In this document: positions 28,395 to 37,552 of the stretch, one piece after another
Layout: each line of letters opens with the position of its first letter
Position numbering within the stretch: position 1 is the first letter of the stretch
Assembly: GCA_029261895.1 (NCBI GenBank)
Contig: JAJDAK010000011.1
Location: 3,424-67,423 of the forward strand
Direction: 5' to 3'
Length of the DNA stretch: 64,000 nt
From: Deltaproteobacteria bacterium
Lineage (GTDB): Bacteria > Myxococcota_A > UBA9160 > SZUA-336
Position numbers and translations under genes: made by a program
The notes under the pieces: generated by a model
The model's database searches: none
What the model saw: the letters and a program-made list of their open reading frames with translations, nothing else
Told to the model about the DNA's origin: nothing

Positions 28395-30457
28395 TTCGCT
28401 ACCTCTACGACGTAATTACCCAGATGATCTAACTCTGCCGACTGTCCTGGATACAGAACAATCGTTGTAAAACGTTCCTCGATGATGGCCGGACCATCCA
28501 CGCGATGCCCCGCGCGGAATAGATCGCCGTCATACACCGGGGTATCGACGTAACCATCGCCGAAATATGCCGGACGGCGTTCGCGTAACGCGGACTCCAC
28601 CGCTGAGCCTCCCGCATCATATTCAAGCGGCGTCGGCTTTTCCGTCTGACCGATGGCCTGGATGCGCACGGCGCGTAGCACGGGTGCCTCATCGCGCTGT
28701 GCGTAGGTGTGGAGCTCTTCGTGTTGGTCGTGGAAACGCACGATCGTTGCTTTCAGGTCGGCTTCGCGCATTCGCGTGTCGGTCAGCACCATCGGCACGG
28801 CCATATCAAAGGTTTGACCCGGATAGCAGATATTCAAACTGCGCACGAATTCAATATCCTCGCGCCCCAAACCCGCAACCTCCAACTCAGCAATCGACTG
28901 CGCTTCAGTCTCGTCCAATATCCGGTTGATGTAGTTCACATCCGCCTGTGCGGCGGGAGAAATGTAGGACCGCTGAATATCCACCAAGTAGTCTGCGACC
29001 AGGAGTCCCAATGCGGAAAACGCGGGCGAGGTCTTTGGCACGATGTAAGACTTAATTCCCAATTCTGCAGCCTGCATGCCGGCATGCATCGGACCATTTC
29101 CGCCGTAGACGACCATTTGAAACTCGCGTGGATCGAATCCTGCCTGAGATGAAACGCGGCGAATCGCGTTCGCCATATTGGCGTTGACGATTCGAAAGAT
29201 TCCGTACGCGGCTTTGACGAGCTCAAGATTCAGCGGCTTGGCGATTTTTTCTTCGATAGCTTCGCGAACGCCTTCCGACGACAACTTAAAATCGCCACCG
29301 CAGAGCGCGCCCGGATTGAGGTAGCCCAAAACGAGATTAGCGTCGCTCACCGTCGGTTCGGTGCCGCCGCGTCCGTAGCAGATTGGACCCGGATTCGCTT
29401 TCGCGCTGCGCGGACCGACCTTCAGCGCTCCCGCTTCAACATACGCGATCGAACCGCCCCCGGCACCAATGGAATGCATCTCCAACATCGGCAGCCCAAC
29501 AAGGTATCGATGCTGCCAATTCCAATAGCTTCGAATCGTCGGCGTGCCGCCATGCACGAGACAGGCTTCGTAACTGGTTCCACCCATGTCAACAGCAATG
29601 AAATTCTCGATGCCCGCGCGCTGCGCAGTTTCACACGCGCCCTTAACCCCGGCAGTCGGACCCGAGCCGAGCGCCGACACCGCACGGCGAGACATGCCCT
29701 CGGCCGTCGCGAGTCCGCTATTGGATTGCATGATCAAGAGGTCATGCGCATAGCCCGCGTTACGAAGCGCAGCTTGCAAATTCTTGAGATACGTCTCCAC
29801 ACGCGGGCCCACGTAGGCATCGACCAACGTGGTCGAAGTTCGCTCGAACTCCGGTGCGGTGGGCATCACCTCATGCGAAAGCGAAACCCGGACTCCAGGA
29901 TATTCCTCTTCGATCAACTCGCGAACGCGTTTTTCATGGGCGGCGTTGATGAACGAAAACAGCAGCACCACCGCAATCGACTCAACCCCCTGCTGCTTAA
30001 GCCGACGAATCGCTACTCGGGTCGCGGCTTCGTCTAACGGACGCACAACCTCACCTCGGAAATTCAAGCGTTCAGGAACGCCCAAGCGACGCCGCCGCGG
30101 CGCAATCGGCACCGGAGGTGGAGCCGAAGGATCCCAAATGTCTTCTTTGAAGCCCCGTCGAATATCAATTTCGTCGCGATGACCTTCGGTGGTCAGCAGG
30201 CCTGTTAACGCGCCACTCATTTCGATCATCGTGTTATCTGCGGTGGTGGTGCCGTGGACAATCAAGTCTGTGGCTGCGAGAAATGCCGCGGTGTCGAGTC
30301 CTTCGCGCGACGCGAGCTCCTGAATTGCATTCATTACACCGAGCGATTGATCTTCGAGTGTCGTCGGTGTTTTCGAGAGGATTAGCTCGCCATTCGTTCG
30401 AACCAGGACGAAATCCGTAAACGTACCGCCGACGTCGATGCCGATTCGATAACCCAT
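28391..30457 (-). CDS. Hydantoinase/oxoprolinase subunit A (ATP-binding)
   Basis: GIDVGGTFTD, HGTT, EFERTSTT, SGP, DMGGTS, GAGGGS motifs. Confidence 0.93.
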   Translation of the reverse strand: MGYRIGIDVGGTFTDFVLVRTNGELILSKTPTTLEDQSLGVMNAIQELASREGLDTAAFLAATDLIVHGTTTADNTMIEMSGALTGLLTTEGHRDEIDIRRGFKEDIWDPSAPPPVPIAPRRRRLGVPERLNFRGEVVRPLDEAATRVAIRRLKQQGVESIAVVLLFSFINAAHEKRVRELIEEEYPGVRVSLSHEVMPTAPEFERTSTTLVDAYVGPRVETYLKNLQAALRNAGYAHDLLIMQSNSGLATAEGMSRRAVSALGSGPTAGVKGACETAQRAGIENFIAVDMGGTSYEACLVHGGTPTIRSYWNWQHRYLVGLPMLEMHSIGAGGGSIAYVEAGALKVGPRSAKANPGPICYGRGGTEPTVSDANLVLGYLNPGALCGGDFKLSSEGVREAIEEKIAKPLNLELVKAAYGIFRIVNANMANAIRRVSSQAGFDPREFQMVVYGGNGPMHAGMQAAELGIKSYIVPKTSPAFSALGLLVADYLVDIQRSYISPAAQADVNYINRILDETEAQSIAELEVAGLGREDIEFVRSLNICYPGQTFDMAVPMVLTDTRMREADLKATIVRFHDQHEELHTYAQRDEAPVLRAVRIQAIGQTEKPTPLEYDAGGSAVESALRERRPAYFGDGYVDTPVYDGDLFRAGHRVDGPAIIEERFTTIVLYPGQSAELDHLGNYVVEVAK

Positions 30458-32247
30458 TAGGCGCTTGGCTCCACGCGGCGGGATTTACGCAGGCGGGTGG
30501 TCGCGCCGACATCCACCTGCAAATCCAAAGCCTCGACGCTGCCGCTGAAGACAACGCCGTAGTCACGTTCGGCTGCTTCGATGGAAACAAGCTCATCGAG
30601 CACATCATCCTTGACCGCTTCAGGTTCACGCTTTAGAGCATCACCCCAACCACCGCCGCCGCCATACAGGTATTCAACCCCTTCGCCCGCAGCGTGCGGT
30701 ACAAAGTTTGCCATGCGTTCGACCCGCGTGGGCGTGTCGCCGCCGTAGTTGACGGTCAGCTGGTTCGGACTGCCGTTCTGGCCTCCGGCGATTCCGGGCA
30801 TCGGATAACGAATCCCCACCATGTAGGTCTGAATCGCCGCTGGCGCGGTCACGCGTTTCACATAACGCGAGCCAGGACAACCACGCCATTGGCCCGCTCC
30901 CCCGGAATCCATTTCATAGTCGCAACATTCGTGCAGCGTGGGAAAGATGGACTCACTGATCTCCGCCGGTGCGCGTACCAGGTTCCCAAACGACGCCGGC
31001 ATCGAGCCCCAGCCGTCTTGTCCATACACGGCGCCGCAGTAGGCGGAAAGCGTGTCCACCGAATGATCGACAAACATCTGACCTGTCTCGGGATGATCGC
31101 CAATCACGACTGTGGGCATTCCGAGCTTGTAAATCTGCGGGCACGCGCGCTCCGGAATTACCTTCGCAAGCGCCAAACAAATCGCCTCGCCGACCTCCAC
31201 GCCTGGGTGATGCGTTCCCGCAGCGACTGTTTTGCCATCCTCGGGATTGAGACAGCAGCCCTTGGGCACCACCAGCTCAATCGAGTCAAAGAAGCCTTCG
31301 TTTTTAGGAATCGCGGGATCCATCATCGACGCCAGCTGTGCAACAACGTAGCCACGTGTATTGCCGAAACTCGAATATGCTTGCAGGTTTTGCCGCATAT
31401 CCGAACCCGTGAAGTCGACCTTGAGTCTTTCGCCATCGACGGTAACCGCGCAGTGGACATGAATATCCAAGTTACCAGCAGGATCATGGTCGACGTAGAC
31501 ATCCGCTTCGTAGCTACCATCGGGCCAACGCGAGACTTCCTCGCGAAAACGTCTCGCCGCGTAATCGATCGAGTGATCCACTGCCGCTCGCACCGCATCG
31601 ATTCCGTAGCGCTCAATAATTTCGCCCAGACGCTTGGCGCCCAATTGGGCTGCACCGACCTGCGCACGAATATCACCGATGAATGTCGGCGTACGGTTAT
31701 TTATTCGCAGCATGTACATGACATCCCGCCGCTCCACGCCACGGTCGTAAACCTTTAGCGCGGGGAAACGCACGCCCTCGGCCCAGATATCGATCGCCTC
31801 CGCGTTGTACCCACCCGGCATGCCGCCACCCGTATCCGCGTGATGGCATTGAATCGACGCGATCAAGACCACTTCATCGCCAACGAGCACTGGCGCAAAC
31901 ACGTTGTAGTCCGGTAGATGTCCGCCGCCGTGATACGGATCGTTCGCTACGAAGACATCGCCCGCGCTAAAACCTTCATCTGCAAAAAACTCCAGCGCGA
32001 AACGCACCGGTAAAGTCGAAGAAAGCATGAACTGCGGAATTCCAACCGAAAGTGCGGCCAATCGGCCCCGTTCATCCAAAATGGTCGCGTTCCGTTCGTT
32101 GGACTGGTTAAGTATGGGAGTGGTCGCTGTCAGAGAAACATGGGTCGCCATTTCGAATGCGACCGTCTCCATTGCGCCCCGAATCACTTCGGCGGTCACG
32201 GAATCGATCCGATCGGCTTTGCGGGCTGAATTTCGGCGATCTGACAT
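30457..32247 (-). CDS. Hydantoinase B/oxoprolinase subunit
   Basis: NDPYHGGGHLPD, HHADTGG, DSGGAGQWRG, GGGGGWGD. Confidence 0.93.
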   Translation of the reverse strand: MSDRRNSARKADRIDSVTAEVIRGAMETVAFEMATHVSLTATTPILNQSNERNATILDERGRLAALSVGIPQFMLSSTLPVRFALEFFADEGFSAGDVFVANDPYHGGGHLPDYNVFAPVLVGDEVVLIASIQCHHADTGGGMPGGYNAEAIDIWAEGVRFPALKVYDRGVERRDVMYMLRINNRTPTFIGDIRAQVGAAQLGAKRLGEIIERYGIDAVRAAVDHSIDYAARRFREEVSRWPDGSYEADVYVDHDPAGNLDIHVHCAVTVDGERLKVDFTGSDMRQNLQAYSSFGNTRGYVVAQLASMMDPAIPKNEGFFDSIELVVPKGCCLNPEDGKTVAAGTHHPGVEVGEAICLALAKVIPERACPQIYKLGMPTVVIGDHPETGQMFVDHSVDTLSAYCGAVYGQDGWGSMPASFGNLVRAPAEISESIFPTLHECCDYEMDSGGAGQWRGCPGSRYVKRVTAPAAIQTYMVGIRYPMPGIAGGQNGSPNQLTVNYGGDTPTRVERMANFVPHAAGEGVEYLYGGGGGWGDALKREPEAVKDDVLDELVSIEAAERDYGVVFSGSVEALDLQVDVGATTRLRKSRRVEPSA

Positions 32248-32262
32248 AGTGTCAGCATTCTA
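32241..32262. promoter_or_regulatory. Operator CTGAC-atagt-GTCAG (32241-32255) overlapping the hydantoinase B start codon, next to a minus-strand -10 TAGAAT
   Basis: Perfect copy of the shared palindrome in a divergent promoter region. Confidence 0.72.
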
Positions 32263-32295
32263 TCATCTCGCTCGCTTTGCTAGTCTTCGGACCGC

Positions 32296-33873
32296 ATGAA
32301 CTGGCCCGAACACGTCGCGACCGTTCCAGCCGCACTCGAAGCCTGGGGCGGAAAATTCGGGTCGCGCACCGCCTTGGTGGACGGAGCGCGCCGCCTCACC
32401 TACGCCGCGCTCGATCATGAGTCCGCAAAACTCGCAGCCGGGCTCATCTCCCAGGGTGTCGGTAAAGGCCATCACGTCGGGCTGCTGATGCCAAACGGAG
32501 CCGATTGGGTGCTCGCATTTCTGGCAGCCGCCCGAATCGGCGCCGTGATCGTGCCGATCAACACGTTCTACCAAAGCCGCGAGTTGAGACGCACGTTGAA
32601 CCATGGCGATGTCGAAACCCTGCTGATGACTCAGCGCTTTGCCAACCACGATTACCCGGCATTGCTCGAGGACACGGTTCCCGGACTTTGCGATCAGACC
32701 GATTTGATTTGCTGCCCCGAGGTTCCATGCCTGCGACGTGTGTTTATTTGGGGAAACGTCGAAGTTCCCTGGGCGCGATCCGCCACCAATCTCTTGCAGT
32801 TCGGTTCTGCGTACGGGCCCTTGCAAGCTGGTCTCTCGAAGAACGTCGTACCCGCGGATCGCCTACTGCTCATGCATACGTCGGGCAGCACTGGCGAACC
32901 CAAAGCGGCAATCCATACGCATGGCTCAGTGATCCGACATTCGTACCAACTCGCCATGACCCGCGATCTAAGGGAAGACGACTGCGTTTGGTCGCCGATG
33001 CCGTTCTTCTGGATCGGTGGTTTGGTCTTTAGCCTGCTTGGAGCCCTGCACCGCGGCGCATGCTTCGTCGCGCAGGGCAAGTTCGATCCGCGCGCAACAC
33101 TCGAAATCATGGAGAAAGAACGCGTTACGTTGGCACTCGCATGGCCACATTACGGGCGCGCGCTGGCTGAGGACCCTTCGTTTAAGGCCCGTGACCTTTC
33201 CGCGCTTCGCGGCGGCAACCTCCAGGAAATTTTACCGAACGATCTTAAACCGTCGGATCCAAGCTTACGTGCGAATAGCTTAGGCATGACGGAAACCTGT
33301 GGGCCCCATACCTTCGCCGAGGGCACGTTGCCCGAACGGCTGCGCGGCTCTTTTGGCCCAGCACTTCCGGGTCTTGAACATCGCATCGAAAACGATGAAA
33401 TCTTGGTTCGCGGTTACGCGTTGATGCAAGGTCTCTATAAGGAAGAGCGCGAAGACACCTTCGATGCCGACGGTTTCTATCACACGGGTGACTCGGGCCA
33501 CTTCGATTCTGAAGGTCAGCTCTTTTTTACCGGTCGCTTGACCGAACTCATCAAGACCGCGGGCGCGAACGTCAGTCCAGCCGAAGTTGAAACCGTGCTG
33601 CTGGAGCGCCCAGAGATCGAGCAGGCCTATGTCTTTGCCATACCGGATCCCGAACGCGACCAAGTGGTCGGCGCCGCCTTGGTGTTATGCGAGGGCGCAA
33701 GTGTTGATGCTGAAGCCCTGCGCGTGCACCTCAAATCCCTGATCGCGAGTTATAAAATTCCGTCTCGAATTTTCTTTCTCGAACGCAGCGCGCTCCCCCT
33801 CACCGACACCGGCAAGGTAAATCGCCACGAGCTCTCGCGCGCACTACAAGGCTTAGAACAGCACCGCCGCTGA
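32296..33873 (+). CDS. Acyl-CoA synthetase (class I adenylate-forming enzyme)
   Basis: HTSGSTGEPK, LGMTET, YHTGD, IKTAGANVSP, TGK motifs. Confidence 0.92.
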   Translation: MNWPEHVATVPAALEAWGGKFGSRTALVDGARRLTYAALDHESAKLAAGLISQGVGKGHHVGLLMPNGADWVLAFLAAARIGAVIVPINTFYQSRELRRTLNHGDVETLLMTQRFANHDYPALLEDTVPGLCDQTDLICCPEVPCLRRVFIWGNVEVPWARSATNLLQFGSAYGPLQAGLSKNVVPADRLLLMHTSGSTGEPKAAIHTHGSVIRHSYQLAMTRDLREDDCVWSPMPFFWIGGLVFSLLGALHRGACFVAQGKFDPRATLEIMEKERVTLALAWPHYGRALAEDPSFKARDLSALRGGNLQEILPNDLKPSDPSLRANSLGMTETCGPHTFAEGTLPERLRGSFGPALPGLEHRIENDEILVRGYALMQGLYKEEREDTFDADGFYHTGDSGHFDSEGQLFFTGRLTELIKTAGANVSPAEVETVLLERPEIEQAYVFAIPDPERDQVVGAALVLCEGASVDAEALRVHLKSLIASYKIPSRIFFLERSALPLTDTGKVNRHELSRALQGLEQHRR

Positions 33874-36800
33874 GAGGCAGACCTCTGACTCCCCCTTGCT
33901 TGCTAGTTCTTCGGGTCCGAATTGCGGGTGCACGTGAATATTCGAGCGCTTGGTATGCGCGGCTTGCTTCGGAGCACGCTTCGCCCGGTAGCAAAGCAGG
34001 TGTCGAGCCGCGTCCTTCACGCCTTCTCCGTTCTTATCCGTCGCGTTGCAAAGATGCGTCGGCCGGATGATGTCATAGAGTCGATCTTCGAACTGATCCA
34101 AGATCGGCACGTCTTCAACCCTATCGAATCCGCCCACCCGCTTGAGTTTGTAACAAAGATAGTGATCGACCTGATGGGTCGACGAGTCGATCGGTTCTGG
34201 CAGCGGCTGCGCGAGGTCTTTCAGCGTCGGAACCAGCAAGCGGTCCGCCTTGAGGGTATCGACCGAAACAGTTCCCAATAGCGTCGTCACTTGAATTCCG
34301 CTGCGCTTCGTATGCTTTGGCTGACCGCCGAGCAGGCTAACGAGATAACCTTCAAGGTGCGTCGCCGAGTCTTCAACGGCAGTACCGTCATAATCAGCCG
34401 GGAGCGCGAGTCGCAACGCGCGTCTCACTTTGAAGTTCGCCGATTCTGCGAAAGTCGGATCTTCAAGGCTGACGTCAACCGTGGAAAACTTCGGCGTCCC
34501 TTTGCTCTTGGCAACGCGATAGCTCACAAAAGGATCGCCACCATCGCACGCATCACCGACGCCATCGGCATCGAAATCCAGCTGAGAGGGATTTGCGGTG
34601 ATCTCACAATTATCATCGCCGTCCAGTACCGCGTCTTCGTCGCGATCAATACCGATGCGAACGCCAGACGCAGGAGGCACGCATGTATAGGTCAACTCAG
34701 TCCCGCCGCCCGCGAGGCCACGTAGCGCAGCATCCGTCAACGGCGCTTCGTTTGCGCGGTCCGAGACGAAGTCGCCGCTGCCATTCATCACCCAGCCACG
34801 CGCCTCACCGCCGAACAAACCTTTGACCACCAGGTCACACTCATTTGCCGATGGATCGTCCGCTTTGACGAACGGCGTAGACGCGCGCGCCACCAGGAGA
34901 TCGATGCGTGCGTTCTGATCGATATCGTTTGGATCATCGAGCGTCATCTGTTGCCCGACGATGGGTGCCAGGTCGGTTTCAAACGCCAACGCAAACGCTT
35001 CCACCTGGCGCCGCTTCACATCTCCGTCGTCGGGACCATCAAATCCCACGCCCTCCTGGGAGCCAGGAATGATATCGGGGAAGGGGTTTACGTTTGGATC
35101 GGAACTGAACACATCCGCGCGCAAAAACCGAAAGAGGGTATCGGTGCTGCCATCGTGCAAGAAACCAAAGCCCCGTACCTGATCGCCCTTGTGGTCGTTA
35201 TCTCCGGCTTCAAAGAACTGCACGAGCGGCATCCCAAACATGCCTATTTTCGTATACATATTGCGCAGATGCGGAATCTTCATAAACTGCGGCTCGTTTT
35301 CGAAACTCGCGCCACCATCGGTGCCAAAGAAGCCTTGACTTGGGTCAAGCACGTGGCAACCCACACAGTTAAAGCCAAGCTGTATACCGGGAAGATCGAA
35401 ATCCGCGCCGTCGGAACGGCGAGACCCCGTCATGAAATCGCGACCCGCCTGCTCGTCCGCTGTCAAAGAGTTGTCGAGATTGCGAATCGGATTCGGTGGT
35501 AGCGTGACGTCAAGGATGAAATCTGTAAAAGCCTGCATCTCTTCGTCGCTGAGATCGCCTTCATCGCGGCCGACGAGCCCGCCGAACGCGACGTTAAACT
35601 TTTTAAACGCCGCGTCGGAATCGAATGGATCGCCGTTCGGGTCGTTACCCCCGGTACGATCCCCGCGCCAATGCATCGAACCCGAATTGAGCATGCCGCG
35701 CAGTGTTTGCGTCGTCATCGGTCCCTTCATGGGATGATGCTCGTTCGTGACATTGAAAAACGACGCCGCGATTTCCAAGCGTGTGGGTATCGGGTTGGCA
35801 ACGATGGAGCCATCGGGGTCGCCCAAGTCCCAGCCGAGTTCGTCCTTGTCGGCGAAGATATGACATGACGAACACGACGCTTCCCCATTGCTCGAGGTGA
35901 AATTCGCGTCATAGAGAAAGCGACGACCGGCGATGACGTGGTCGGGCTCCGGATTATGAAGCACATGATGGGCGATCTCATCATGCGTCGTGGTATCGAT
36001 CACGCTCAGGCCGTTGTCAAAGCGTGTGAGTACGTAGAGCTGCTGCCGCGCTTCGTCAAGAACCAAACCCGCGGGGCCGCCACCCGAAACAATGACATGA
36101 TCGTTTGGGTCCGGCGCGAAGGTATTGCTCTCCAACTCGGCAGTGCTGAAGATCCCCACTTTGCTAGAACCGAAGGCCGCGACATATATCGTGGTCCCGT
36201 CGCTCGTCAGCGCCATTTCGACGGGCGTTGCCAAACTCTTGCCCTTGACGTCCGCTGGCATTGGCGATGCGGCATACGGAATATGCTTGTTCAAATGGCG
36301 CGGCAACACCGCAGCACCGTCGAGAATCGTGATTCGGGACTGCGCGAGTTGACCACGAACCGTCGTGGCGATCGTCCCCGGCCCTTCAAAACGTACGTGG
36401 TTTTGTGAGTCGGTATTGCTGACGTAGACCTTTCCATTCACCGGGTTGACCGCCATATTGAACAGAATGGTTCCGACATGCGCGTAACGCCCCGCCGGAT
36501 CTTCAACGGGAGGATTCGCGAGTGCATCCAACGTAAAGACGTCGTAGTCAGGAAGATCGAAGCGCACGGCGTTATCCCAAACACGGTCGAGCTCATCGAC
36601 CCAGTGGGTACCGTCGTATTTGACCACCAGTCCTGTTTCCGGCGCGTCATCGCCCTCCACCGATTGATTCGGCAGCGGCGATCCGCCGGGCATGTTGACG
36701 CCTTCAATCACACACGGACCGACTAAACCACCGCCGTCGCAAACCGCACCTTCAGAAACCGACGTCGTCTGATTTCCAGACATGAAGACGCCCGCGTACA

Positions 36801-37422
36801 CCGTGCTTCCATCCGGCGTTGCCGCGAGCGCGCGCGGCGTATCCCCAAACACGGTAATAATGGTGAGCGGCGTGCCCCCCGCCGGTGCGCCCAGACTATT
36901 CGCATCAAAGACCCAGATGTCGGCGCGCCCAATGCCTTCGGTGGTTAACTGGGGATCCATGGGGCTGTTTTGACCACGATGCGCAGTGGTGATGAACGCG
37001 CGCGGAAACGGTTGATTCGGATCCGTGCGCATACCCGCAAAAACGATGTCACGCGGTTCGTCACCGGTGTGCAGCGTACGGACGACCCGCGCCGGCATGG
37101 TGGAAGCGTCAATAATCGAAACGCTGTCGGAAAGATGATTGACGACCCAAATCTCAGTGTTCGTGCGCGCAGCGATTGCGACGGGTTCGAGACCAACAGG
37201 AATCGAATGCAGATGACTGAGACCGGCAGAGGTGATTGCGAAAACCTCGACGCGATTGTCCGGCGTATTGGTCACGTAGAGCCGGCTACCATCCGGAGAA
37301 AGTGCCATCGGCCGCACCGAGCCCGACTCGAACGCGACAAACGATTGCGCCGCTTGCGCGAATGCCGGTAGCGCGAATGCCATCAATAGGATCAAAACGC
37401 CAGATCGAATACGCCGTGCCAT
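33853..37422 (-). CDS. Large secreted YVTN/YncE beta-propeller + diheme cytochrome c (bCcP/MauG-like) protein with C-terminal repeats
   Basis: Signal peptide; LYVTN/VYVSN/IYVAA blades; CSSCH and CVGCH; MHWRGDR and KIPHLRN; Asp-rich TSP3-like DNC...DFDADGVGDACD; HLEGY/HYLCY/HLLCY repeats. Start set to ATG 37422. Confidence 0.82.
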   Translation of the reverse strand: MARRIRSGVLILLMAFALPAFAQAAQSFVAFESGSVRPMALSPDGSRLYVTNTPDNRVEVFAITSAGLSHLHSIPVGLEPVAIAARTNTEIWVVNHLSDSVSIIDASTMPARVVRTLHTGDEPRDIVFAGMRTDPNQPFPRAFITTAHRGQNSPMDPQLTTEGIGRADIWVFDANSLGAPAGGTPLTIITVFGDTPRALAATPDGSTVYAGVFMSGNQTTSVSEGAVCDGGGLVGPCVIEGVNMPGGSPLPNQSVEGDDAPETGLVVKYDGTHWVDELDRVWDNAVRFDLPDYDVFTLDALANPPVEDPAGRYAHVGTILFNMAVNPVNGKVYVSNTDSQNHVRFEGPGTIATTVRGQLAQSRITILDGAAVLPRHLNKHIPYAASPMPADVKGKSLATPVEMALTSDGTTIYVAAFGSSKVGIFSTAELESNTFAPDPNDHVIVSGGGPAGLVLDEARQQLYVLTRFDNGLSVIDTTTHDEIAHHVLHNPEPDHVIAGRRFLYDANFTSSNGEASCSSCHIFADKDELGWDLGDPDGSIVANPIPTRLEIAASFFNVTNEHHPMKGPMTTQTLRGMLNSGSMHWRGDRTGGNDPNGDPFDSDAAFKKFNVAFGGLVGRDEGDLSDEEMQAFTDFILDVTLPPNPIRNLDNSLTADEQAGRDFMTGSRRSDGADFDLPGIQLGFNCVGCHVLDPSQGFFGTDGGASFENEPQFMKIPHLRNMYTKIGMFGMPLVQFFEAGDNDHKGDQVRGFGFLHDGSTDTLFRFLRADVFSSDPNVNPFPDIIPGSQEGVGFDGPDDGDVKRRQVEAFALAFETDLAPIVGQQMTLDDPNDIDQNARIDLLVARASTPFVKADDPSANECDLVVKGLFGGEARGWVMNGSGDFVSDRANEAPLTDAALRGLAGGGTELTYTCVPPASGVRIGIDRDEDAVLDGDDNCEITANPSQLDFDADGVGDACDGGDPFVSYRVAKSKGTPKFSTVDVSLEDPTFAESANFKVRRALRLALPADYDGTAVEDSATHLEGYLVSLLGGQPKHTKRSGIQVTTLLGTVSVDTLKADRLLVPTLKDLAQPLPEPIDSSTHQVDHYLCYKLKRVGGFDRVEDVPILDQFEDRLYDIIRPTHLCNATDKNGEGVKDAARHLLCYRAKRAPKQAAHTKRSNIHVHPQFGPEELASKGESEVCLSAAVLF

Positions 37423-37552
37423 GAACCATCCCTCCCAGCTTTGAAAAGCGCGTGCCTCTCGGAAAACTACATACATGCACGCGGCTCTACTCGAATGTAG
37501 TCTGAGCAGGAAGAAAAGTGGCATAATTTTATAAATTTACAGTATGAATGCA

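Noticed and set aside
30694-31758. 354-aa plus-strand ORF, and many similar long overlapping ORFs
   Set aside because: Antisense to well-supported genes and without recognisable motifs; expected in GC-rich DNA.
8970-33873. Labelling the cluster as the canonical cholesterol (KstR/KstR2) degradation pathway
   Set aside because: No recognisable kstD, hsaABCD or ipdAB genes. The shared operator does not match the KstR or KstR2 boxes, so the substrate remains unknown.
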